DNA of 64,000 bases from an uncultured Fimbriimonadales bacterium (GTDB lineage: Bacteria; Armatimonadota; Fimbriimonadia; Fimbriimonadales; GBS-DC). The stretch is taken from the NCBI GenBank assembly GCA_937992175.1, contig CALKLF010000022.1:16318-80317 (forward strand). Direction: 5' to 3'. The notes under the pieces are model-generated. The model did no database searches and was not told where the DNA came from. It worked only from the letters and a program-made list of their open reading frames with translations. Every line of letters starts with the position of its first letter. The first letter of the stretch is position 1. Positions 55,009 through 62,802 of the stretch are shown one piece after another. Both the position numbers and the translations under genes were made by a program.

Positions 55009-56676
55009 TTACGCCTCGCACACGCGGCAACTCAGCAGTAGCTCGCGGTTGAACTCCTGAGCTGCGTTCACACTGTATTGATAATAGAGCGACTTCACGC
55101 CTAGCTCGGCGGCGCGCAGCACCAGCAGGTTAATGTCGCGCACGGGCGTTTCGGGGTGAATCATCAGGTTCAGCGACTGTCCTTGATCGATAAACTGCTG
55201 TCGCTGCGCCGCCTGCTGCACGAGCGTCATCTGCGAGATCTCGCTGAAGGTCTTGAACACATCGCGCTCCTCGTCGCTCAGAAAGTCCAGGTGCTGCACC
55301 GAGCCGTCGTGCGCGGCGATGCTCTGCCACACTTCGTCGGCGTCTTTGCCCCGCTCGCGCAACACCTGTTGCAGATAGGGGTTCTTGAAGGTGGTCTTCA
55401 CCTTCGCGAGGTCTTTCACATGGTAATTGCTCATGAACGGCTCGATGGAAGGCGAGACCTGCCCTAGAATAAACGAAGACGACTTGGTGGGCGCGATTGC
55501 CAGCAGCGTGGTGTTGCGCCTGCCGTAGCCCTGCAGGTACTCCGGCTCGCCGAACCGACGCGCTAAGTCCATCGAGGCGTTGTAGGCACGGTCGCGAATC
55601 GTGCGGAACACTTCGGTATTGAGCCGATAGGCGTCCATGCTCTCGATGGGGATGCGCTTGGACTGCAACAGCGAGTGCCAGCCGAGCACGCCCAGCCCCA
55701 ACGCCCGATGGCGCGAGGCAAAGTTGTACGCCCGCTCCATGAATGGAATACCCTTCACACGGCGGATGAAGTCCTCCATCACGGCGTCTAAGAAGAAGAC
55801 CATCGTCTCCACCGCGTCGGTGTCCTTCCACTCGTCGTAGTGCAACAGGTTCATCGAGGAGAGGCAGCAGACGAAGCTTTCGTCATTATTTGATGGCAAC
55901 ACTATCTCGGAACAGAGATTTGATGCATAAATCGTTTTACCGAGATCTTTATACACATCCACCGTGCCGTTGTTGGCGTTGTCTTTGAAGAAGATGTAGG
56001 GGATGCCGACTTCGGAGCGGGCTTGCAGCACTTTCGCCCAGAGGCGTCGTTTGTCGGCGTCGCCGTTTTTCATCGATTCCAGCCAGTCGTTGCCCACGCA
56101 CACGCCCCAGTAGAGCAGCTGGATGTCGCAACCCTCGCGCTGAATCCAGAGCCACTCCTCGATGTCGGGATGCTCGATATCGATGTAGGCGGCGCACTGC
56201 CCGCGGCGCGTGCTGCCCTGACTGAAGACTTCAATCATGCGGTCGAAGAGTTTCGCGAAGGAGAAGCTGCCGTTGCTGGTTCCGTTATCGCGGATGGGTG
56301 CGCCCCGCGGGCGGAGCCTGCCGAAATACGCCGAAGTGCCCCCGCCCAGCTTGGTCATCATGCCCACTTCAGAGGCGGTGAACAGGATGGAGGCAGAGTC
56401 GTCCTCGATGTAGCTGCCGTAGCAGGAGATGGGCAGCCCCCGCTGCAGCCCAAAGTTCGTCCACACGGGCGTCGCGAGCGAGTACCAGCCCCGCGCCATG
56501 TAGTTGTAAAACCTGTCTGCGAAGCCCTCGATGCCCAGCAGGCTTTCCGCATAGTCGGCAATCTGGCGGATGCGCTGCTCCGCCGAGACGCCTGGCAACA
56601 GATAGTCGCGCGAAAGAAATCGACGGCTCTCCTCGTTGAGCCAGTAGAATAACGGTCTATCCATAGACGCTTGCAT
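55009..56676 (-). CDS. nrdA: ribonucleoside-diphosphate reductase alpha subunit, short ATP-cone-less form
   Basis: 555 aa. Class I catalytic motifs (NLCSEIVLPS, GLGVLGW, C-terminal YY/CxxC tail LYYQYS...CRVCEA). GGAGG RBS at 56684-56688. Confidence 0.85.
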   Translation of the reverse strand: MQASMDRPLFYWLNEESRRFLSRDYLLPGVSAEQRIRQIADYAESLLGIEGFADRFYNYMARGWYSLATPVWTNFGLQRGLPISCYGSYIEDDSASILFTASEVGMMTKLGGGTSAYFGRLRPRGAPIRDNGTSNGSFSFAKLFDRMIEVFSQGSTRRGQCAAYIDIEHPDIEEWLWIQREGCDIQLLYWGVCVGNDWLESMKNGDADKRRLWAKVLQARSEVGIPYIFFKDNANNGTVDVYKDLGKTIYASNLCSEIVLPSNNDESFVCCLSSMNLLHYDEWKDTDAVETMVFFLDAVMEDFIRRVKGIPFMERAYNFASRHRALGLGVLGWHSLLQSKRIPIESMDAYRLNTEVFRTIRDRAYNASMDLARRFGEPEYLQGYGRRNTTLLAIAPTKSSSFILGQVSPSIEPFMSNYHVKDLAKVKTTFKNPYLQQVLRERGKDADEVWQSIAAHDGSVQHLDFLSDEERDVFKTFSEISQMTLVQQAAQRQQFIDQGQSLNLMIHPETPVRDINLLVLRAAELGVKSLYYQYSVNAAQEFNRELLLSCRVCEA

Positions 56677-56694
56677 GATGACGCCTCCATAATT

Positions 56695-57121
56695 GTCGCT
56701 TGGGCGTCCCGCCCAAGCAGGACTATGTCGCCTGGACAGTCCTGTCCAGGCCTCGTCGCTCGGGCGTCCCGCCCAAGCAGGAAATATTTCGGCTCATGCC
56801 AAGGACCTCTCGCCTTCAGCTCGGAATAACAGGATCGTTTTTGCTCAAATTACGCGGTCATTCCGAGCGGAGCGAGGAATTGCGCCCGATCAAAACGGGC
56901 GGGTCGCAAGTCAATAATTTGCCGTCAGCGGGACACTGACGCTCCGCAACCACTAAGTCGTATTACTGGGGGAGCGACGGCAGGAATGCCGTCGCGCCAA
57001 GTAGCCGTATTGCCGAGGGGCGACGGCAGGAATGCCGTCGCGCCAAGTAGCCGTATTGCCGAGGGGCGACGGCAGGAATGCCGTCGCACCAAAGGGCGGC
57101 ACGGACAGGAATGTCCGTGCC
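56695..57121. repeat. dense hairpin/repeat array filling the nrdB-nrdA spacer
   Basis: Two cttgggcg[tcc]cgcccaag hairpins (56695-56722, 56755-56782). ctggaca[gtcc]tgtccag (56731-56750). A degenerate type-E element (56805-56882). cgtcag...ctgacg (56923-56941). A 46-bp tandem repeat x2.7 carrying type-C hairpins starting at 56975, 57021 and 57067. ggcacggaca[ggaa]tgtccgtgcc (57098-57121). Confidence 0.9.
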
Positions 57122-57123
57122 CC

Positions 57124-58098
57124 TTAGAACAGCTCCGCTTCGCTGAAACTCTTCATCTTCTTCGAGTAGGTGATGCTCCGCTTGTTGAAAAAGTCGTTCT
57201 CTTTGGTGGCGAGCAGCTCCTCGTCGAACCAGCGGGTGGCGGCAAGAGCCTGTTCATCGACCGTGAACAGGGGCTGAATCCCCACGCTGCGCAGCGAGTT
57301 GTTGAAGCGGTTCTTGAGGAATTCGTCCACCTGCACGCGGGGCAGGTAGTCCAGCTCGCCGCGCTCGAAAATCCAGTCCAGAATGCGCTGCTCAGCGGTG
57401 TAGGCACGTTCCACTGCACGCAGAATCGTGTCCTCCGTCTCGGCGTCGAACCACTCTGGGTACTCGTGCTGCAGGATACGCACCAGCTCCACGCCGAACA
57501 TGCCATGAATCTGCTCCTCTTTGCTGGTGGCTTCCACGATGTTCGACACGCCCTTGAACGCCGCACGATGTTTGTTGAACGCCATGATAATCAGGAACTG
57601 TGAGAAGAGCGAAATATGCTCCACGAACGCCGAGAAGAGCAGCACGGTGAGGGCGAACTGGCGGTTGTCGCTGCTGCGGATGCCTTCCTGCGCCTGCTGC
57701 AGGTACTGGATGCGATCCATAATCGCGGGGATGCTGTGAATCTTCTCGAACTCGCCGCTCAGCCCCAGCATATCGAGCAGGTGCGAATAGGCGTTAGCGT
57801 GGCGCACCTCGCTCTCGGCGAAGGTCATGCCCACCTCAGCGATTTCAGGCTTGGGCATGCGGTCATAAATCCGTGCCCAGAAGGTCTTCACGGAGACCTC
57901 AATCTGGGAGATTGCCAGCATGGTGTTCTTGAGCGCGTTACGCTCGTGCGGCTCGGTGCGCGCGTACCAGTCCTGTACATCACCGGAGAGGGAAAACTCG
58001 GTATGCAGCCAGTAGGAATGGCGGATGGCGTCCCGAAACTTCAGCAGGTCGGGATACTCATACGGCTTCAAATGCACCCGTTTCTCGAACAGCGCCAT
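57124..58098 (-). CDS. nrdB: ribonucleoside-diphosphate reductase beta subunit
   Basis: Start set at ATG 58098 (MALFEKRVHLKPYEYP). Ferritin-like metal motifs ESEVRHANAYS (ExxH...Y) and KEEQIHG. C-terminal tail ...SFSEAELF. Confidence 0.85.
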   Translation of the reverse strand: MALFEKRVHLKPYEYPDLLKFRDAIRHSYWLHTEFSLSGDVQDWYARTEPHERNALKNTMLAISQIEVSVKTFWARIYDRMPKPEIAEVGMTFAESEVRHANAYSHLLDMLGLSGEFEKIHSIPAIMDRIQYLQQAQEGIRSSDNRQFALTVLLFSAFVEHISLFSQFLIIMAFNKHRAAFKGVSNIVEATSKEEQIHGMFGVELVRILQHEYPEWFDAETEDTILRAVERAYTAEQRILDWIFERGELDYLPRVQVDEFLKNRFNNSLRSVGIQPLFTVDEQALAATRWFDEELLATKENDFFNKRSITYSKKMKSFSEAELF

Positions 58099-58348
58099 CG
58101 GACATAGCCCTCCATCTATTGTAGTTTTTCTCGCCGAAACGCGAAATTTCTCGCCTGCAGCCACAACCTGTAGCGGTACACTCCGTTGTGGATGCGCCTG
58201 CAGTATACCCTATCCCTTGACGCCTTTGTCAAGGGGTTAGGAGGGGTGAATTGTTAAATTTGCCCCTAAATCTGGGATGTCGGGGTGGCTAAAGGTCACC
58301 CTACCCCATAGTGGGCTGTAGGGCACGGCTCTGGGAAGTCATTAGGGT

Positions 58349-58528
58349 ATGATTCACGCGATGAGCGGGCAATCTTTCCTTGCGCATGGACAGAGCGTCA
58401 AAGAGCGCATTCCCTTTCTCAACGAAATTGTGCAGAGCGATAGCCGTACCTTGCTGCGTCAGATTCCTGATGAGAGCGTCGACGCAGTCATCAATAGATT
58501 GTCCAGACTATGCTCACCGAAACCCTGA
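58349..58528 (+). pseudogene. N-terminal remnant of a beta-class N4/N6 DNA methyltransferase
   Basis: A 59-codon ORF, below the ORF-track cutoff: MIHAMSGQSFLAHGQSVKERIPFLNEIVQSDSRTLLRQIPDESVDAVINRLSRLCSPKP. The stretch IVQSDS..LL..IPDESVDAVI matches the I..GD....L..LPdeSVDli..DPPY lead-in of CcrM/M.PvuII-type enzymes. It breaks off before DPPY and overlaps the cca start. Confidence 0.4.
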
Positions 58529-59892
58529 ACCGCCTCCGCACAGGCTTAGCCGGCACTCCCTATGAGGGCAAGGTGTACCTTGTGGGGGGGTATGTGCGCG
58601 ATAAGCTGCTTGGACGCCCCCTGCCCAACGATATCGACCTTGTGCTGGAGGGCGACGCGCTGCAACTCGCGCAGTTCCTGTACGAACGGGGGATTGCTGA
58701 GCATCACCCCGTGACCTACCCGCGCTTCGGCACGGCGATGGTGCATATCGGCGACACACTGGTAGAGCTGGTGATCGCCCGCGCCGAGTCATATCACGAC
58801 GCAAGCCGTAAACCGCAGCAAGTGCGCCCCGCCACGCTCTACGAAGACGCCCTGCGCCGCGACTTTACCGTCAATACCCTGCTGGAGAACCTGCATACCG
58901 GCGAAATCGTCGACCCGCTCGGCACGGGGCTGAGCGACCTGCAGGCGAAACGCTTGCGCACGCCGCGCGCCCCGCACGAGACCTTTTATGAAGATCCGCT
59001 GCGCATGCTGCGCGCGGTGCGATTCGCCGTGCAGCTCGGCTTCACGATTGACCCTGCCGTCTATCAGGCGATTCTGGAGCAGGCGGAACGGCTCGCGATT
59101 GTGAGCATCGAGCGGATTCAGACCGAGTTCACGCGCCTGATGGAGTCGCCCCAGGCGGCTGCGGGGCTGCAAATGCTGCTGGACACGCGCCTGCTGCATC
59201 AGTTCGGGCAGCCGCTCTTGCCGATGGTCGGCTGCACGCAGAACGAGTATCACCTCTACGATGTGTGGGGGCACAGCCTGAAGACAGTGGAGTATGTGAA
59301 CCCTGAGGGGCTGGAGCTGCCCGCGTGGGAGTTGCGTTTGGCTGCGCTGCTGCACGATGTCGGCAAACCCGCCACGCGCACGGTGGACGAAAACGGCGCG
59401 ATTCACTTTTATGAACATGACCGCGTCGGCGCGCGAATCGCCGCTGAGTGGCTCCGCTTCCTGCGCTACCCGAACGCCGTCATCGAGCGCGTCGCGAAAC
59501 TGGTGCGCCTGCATATGCGCCCCGGCTTCTACACGCCCGAATGGAAAGACTCCGCCGTGCGCCGCCTGATTCGAGACGCAGGCGAGCTGCTGGAGCCGCT
59601 GCTGCGTCTCGTGGAAGCGGACATCAAGGCGCAACGCCATGATGTACCGCATGCCGACCTTCCCGCCCTGCGAGCGCGGATTCAAAAAGTCCAGGAATCG
59701 CAATCCCCCCAACGCTGGCAAAGCCCGCTCACAGGCACGCAAATCATGGAGCGGTTCGGTCTCAAGCCCAGTCCGCTGGTGGGGCAGATTAAGACCTATC
59801 TGGAGGAGCAGGTTATCGAGGGCAACCTCGCGCCCGACGATGTAGAAGGGGCGTGGCGGCTGGCGGAGGCGTTTTTGAGAAGTGGGCAGTAA
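58510..59892 (+). CDS. cca: CCA-adding tRNA nucleotidyltransferase with HD domain
   Basis: 460 aa. PolyA-polymerase head (GGYVRDKLLGRPLPNDIDLV), RRDFTVN and HD domain (LLHDVGKP). Confidence 0.85.
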   Translation: MLTETLNRLRTGLAGTPYEGKVYLVGGYVRDKLLGRPLPNDIDLVLEGDALQLAQFLYERGIAEHHPVTYPRFGTAMVHIGDTLVELVIARAESYHDASRKPQQVRPATLYEDALRRDFTVNTLLENLHTGEIVDPLGTGLSDLQAKRLRTPRAPHETFYEDPLRMLRAVRFAVQLGFTIDPAVYQAILEQAERLAIVSIERIQTEFTRLMESPQAAAGLQMLLDTRLLHQFGQPLLPMVGCTQNEYHLYDVWGHSLKTVEYVNPEGLELPAWELRLAALLHDVGKPATRTVDENGAIHFYEHDRVGARIAAEWLRFLRYPNAVIERVAKLVRLHMRPGFYTPEWKDSAVRRLIRDAGELLEPLLRLVEADIKAQRHDVPHADLPALRARIQKVQESQSPQRWQSPLTGTQIMERFGLKPSPLVGQIKTYLEEQVIEGNLAPDDVEGAWRLAEAFLRSGQ

Positions 59893-59990
59893 GTTCGTCG
59901 GGAAACGAACGGCTCCCCATCCCAATACGCAGGAATTTGTTTGCATAAGGCATACTGTTTCTACTGAGCTTGGTAGGAGGAGGTGAATGT

Positions 59991-62126
59991 ATGCAGCACT
60001 CGGGTCAGCGAAATGTTATCGTAACGCGCCACTATTTTAAAGCGCGTGAGCGTCTTGCTGAGTACCAGAAGCAGATCGATGAGAAGTTCGAACTGTTCCG
60101 ACGCGACCCATTACATCAGTCCCTGCGCTTTCACGAATACGATCGGGCGCGGTATAAAAACTGGTGGAGTTATCGTGTCAACAACGATATTCGTACCGTT
60201 GTGTCCGACCAACAGGACTGCTGGGTTGTGTGTTATGTTGATCACCACGATGATGCTGAGGAATGGATCAAGCGACATCGGTTTACTTTAGATATGTTGA
60301 ACGGCTCCTATTCCTTTGCACCGCCAGCGGCGGAAGTGGTAGAAGCCGTCGTCGAGCCCCCAGAATCCGCCACTGTTTACCGATGCCCGCTCAGTGGATA
60401 CACTCCCGACCAGATTATGCGTCTGGGCGTGCCGAATCGGGACTGGGCAGAGGTATTTACTCAGGCGACGGAGGAGCGTTTCGAACAGCTACTTGCTCAG
60501 GCGCTCAGCGAGGGCTGGTTTCCTGAAGAGGTCATAGAGCGGCTATTCGATTTAGCCAGCAGCGCAAAGTCCTACCGAGAACTGCTTCCACCTCAGGTGT
60601 CTATTCTCCTGCCTTCAGAACTGTTCCGTCGCCGCCCCCGCGATTTCTGGACACCTGAAAGTGAACAGGAAATCCGCAGGGCGATTACCAGCGGCTGGCA
60701 GGAATGGGTTATCTTTTTACATCCCGCGCAGCGGGCGGCGGTGGAGCGCGATGTGCAAGGCGCAATTCGTATCGGGGGCGGCGCAGGAACAGGAAAAACT
60801 GTGGTGGCGGCGCATCGAACAGCGTGGCTGGCGGCGCGTTACCCCGATCAGCCCATCTTACTCACCACCTTTACGCGCGTGCTGGCGGAAAACCTCAAAC
60901 AGCGTGTAGAGCAAATTATTGGGTCTCTCAAGGGCACGCCGGTTGAGGTCGTCCATCTCCACTCGCTCGCCTACCGCCTCTTCACACGGAGTCTGGGACG
61001 AACCGAAGCGCCTCTGGAGTCTACGCCTGAGCATGACGAATTGAATGAACTCCTTGCGGAAGCAATTCGTCGTTCAGGGGCGTCATTTGACCTCAAGTTT
61101 GTTCGCCCTGAGTGGGAAACGATTATCGATGCATGGAACATCCGCGACTTAAAAAGCTATCTCGATACAGAGCGCATAGGGCGCAAGATGCCGCTCCAGC
61201 GTAGCCAGCGCGAAAACCTCTGGCCCGTTTTCGAGCAGATGTGGCGACTGCTTGAGGAGCGAAGGAAGGTCACCTACAGCACAATCTGCTATAGCGTGGC
61301 TGAGTACCTTGAACGACATCCCGAAGCTCGCTATCGCTGCGTGGTGGTCGACGAGGCGCAGGATTTCGGACCTGCCGAGCTAACGCTGATTCGCGCGCTG
61401 GCGCCTGATGACAAAGAGAACGCTCTGTTTCTGTGCGCCGATTCCCGTCAGCGCATTTACCGCCCCGCGATACCCTGGACGCGATTCAACATCGATACAC
61501 GGGGACGCAGCTACATCCTGCGAGTCAACTACCGCACGACCCGGCAAATTCAGGATTTCGCCGAGAGCGTTCTACCCTCTACTGTAGAAGATGTGCAAGG
61601 CGAAGAGTCGCGTGCGCTTGCTGACCGTCCCATCGCACTGATGCATGGCGTCGCCCCTGAGGTACGCGGCTATGAAAATATCCCTGCGGAGATGCGCGGT
61701 TTGAAGGAATGGATTTACCGCTGTTTGCAAGAGAACATCCAGCCAGGGGAGATTGCGATTTTTGCTCGTGGGAAATTCCTTGCGGAGGTTGAACAACTCC
61801 TCAAAGAAGTGTTTCAAGAGCGTGGCGTGCGATACCGCAAGCTGGGACGCGACGCGCAACCCGTGCCCCACGAGCTAAATTACGGCACGGCGCACGGCGC
61901 CAAGGGACTTGAATTTCGCGCCGTCGCCGTCGTTGGCGTCACAACCTCTAACTTCCCCAACCACGCCGTTATCAAGGATGTCAGCGACGCGGCTGAACTT
62001 CAGGCGAAAGAGAATCAGGAGCGGCAACTGTTGTACACGGTGTGTACCCGCGCCCGCGAAAAACTGTATGTGAGCTGGTCGCCCACCACGCGACGCAGCG
62101 CGTTTGTGAAAGTGAGAAGCGCCTGA
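59991..62126 (+). CDS. SF1 UvrD-like helicase with N-terminal RelE/ParE-superfamily-like domain
   Basis: GGAGGAGG RBS at 59976-59985. The first ~100 residues show a RelE/YafQ-like pattern (F.K....L...Q..I.EK..LF..DP.H.SLR.H......WSYRVNNDIRTVV....CWVVCYVDHHDDA). Walker A GGGAGTGKT, Walker B VVVDEAQDF, motif VI-like HGAKGLEFRAV, and C-terminal LLYTVCTRAREKLYVSW. Confidence 0.8.
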   Translation: MQHSGQRNVIVTRHYFKARERLAEYQKQIDEKFELFRRDPLHQSLRFHEYDRARYKNWWSYRVNNDIRTVVSDQQDCWVVCYVDHHDDAEEWIKRHRFTLDMLNGSYSFAPPAAEVVEAVVEPPESATVYRCPLSGYTPDQIMRLGVPNRDWAEVFTQATEERFEQLLAQALSEGWFPEEVIERLFDLASSAKSYRELLPPQVSILLPSELFRRRPRDFWTPESEQEIRRAITSGWQEWVIFLHPAQRAAVERDVQGAIRIGGGAGTGKTVVAAHRTAWLAARYPDQPILLTTFTRVLAENLKQRVEQIIGSLKGTPVEVVHLHSLAYRLFTRSLGRTEAPLESTPEHDELNELLAEAIRRSGASFDLKFVRPEWETIIDAWNIRDLKSYLDTERIGRKMPLQRSQRENLWPVFEQMWRLLEERRKVTYSTICYSVAEYLERHPEARYRCVVVDEAQDFGPAELTLIRALAPDDKENALFLCADSRQRIYRPAIPWTRFNIDTRGRSYILRVNYRTTRQIQDFAESVLPSTVEDVQGEESRALADRPIALMHGVAPEVRGYENIPAEMRGLKEWIYRCLQENIQPGEIAIFARGKFLAEVEQLLKEVFQERGVRYRKLGRDAQPVPHELNYGTAHGAKGLEFRAVAVVGVTTSNFPNHAVIKDVSDAAELQAKENQERQLLYTVCTRAREKLYVSWSPTTRRSAFVKVRSA

Positions 62127-62151
62127 AAACAAACCCTGAATTGGTTTACAT

Positions 62152-62634
62152 TTGTCTACCCTTGCGTCCTTCGATTACGGCATGCGCCGTTCGCTATCGA
62201 AGGACTGGGTGGCGCAGGAGATTGCGCAGACTTTCCAGTTGCCGCTGCTGAGCGTGCCTGTGCAGCTGGCGACGGAGGCGATTTGTCGCTTAGCGCGTCG
62301 GCAACGCGATAAACACGCGCGCCCGCGCGCCCTGCCGCCGCACCTCTGGCAAGCCGCGCGCGAAGAAGCGTGCCACTTCTGCTTACAGACCCTCGCTCAA
62401 CTCATCCAGCTGGAGCGCGGTCCCGACGCCCTGCCGCCCGAGACGGCGGCAATGTACGACGCCTTTTTGCAAGCCGTGCGCCAGTATTTAGAGACCCCTT
62501 CCCCCCAGATGCCGTCCCCTACACCCGACCTCTCGCCTTCGGAGCAGCTCAAACAGGAGCAGATGCTGTGGCGTCAGGCGCGGGAGGCGTTAGACCTCTG
62601 CGAAAAATGGCGCAAGGCGATGCAGCGGGATTAA
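62152..62634 (+). CDS. hypothetical protein
   Basis: 160-aa ORF (TTG start; alternative ATG at 62182) beginning 25 nt after the helicase stop. No motif recognised. Its GC is higher than the helicase's. Confidence 0.45.
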   Translation: MSTLASFDYGMRRSLSKDWVAQEIAQTFQLPLLSVPVQLATEAICRLARRQRDKHARPRALPPHLWQAAREEACHFCLQTLAQLIQLERGPDALPPETAAMYDAFLQAVRQYLETPSPQMPSPTPDLSPSEQLKQEQMLWRQAREALDLCEKWRKAMQRD

Positions 62635-62660
62635 ACTAACCCATGTTGCTCCCTATGATG

Positions 62661-62689
62661 AGATTCCTCGCCTTCGGCTCGGAATGACA
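62661..62689. repeat. solo arm of type-E element
   Basis: agattcctcgccttcggctcggaatgaca with no partner arm nearby. Confidence 0.75.
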
Positions 62690-62802
62690 AGTTCCTTTTC
62701 AGCCATCACGAAAACTTCAAGTAGCACTCCTGTACACGCTCCAAGAACAAGCTACAGATCGAGAACTATTTCTCCGAAAACAATTAGCGGAGGTTCTGTC
62801 GT

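Noticed and set aside
56975-57121. Regularly spaced hairpin repeats that superficially resemble a small CRISPR array
   Set aside because: There are only about 2.7 units of a 46-bp tandem repeat. The inter-hairpin 'spacers' are identical to each other (gccaagtagccgtattgccgagg). No cas genes or leader are present, and the hairpin belongs to a dispersed family found throughout the window.
58165-58260. Possible NrdR box or sigma70-type promoter upstream of nrdB (minus strand TTGACA at 58227-58232, TATACT at 58202-58207, hairpin ccacaac...gttgtgg)
   Set aside because: The promoter spacer is 19 nt, which is suboptimal. The hairpin does not match the NrdR-box consensus I know (acaCwAtATaTwGtgt). 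This is too weak to call without TSS data.
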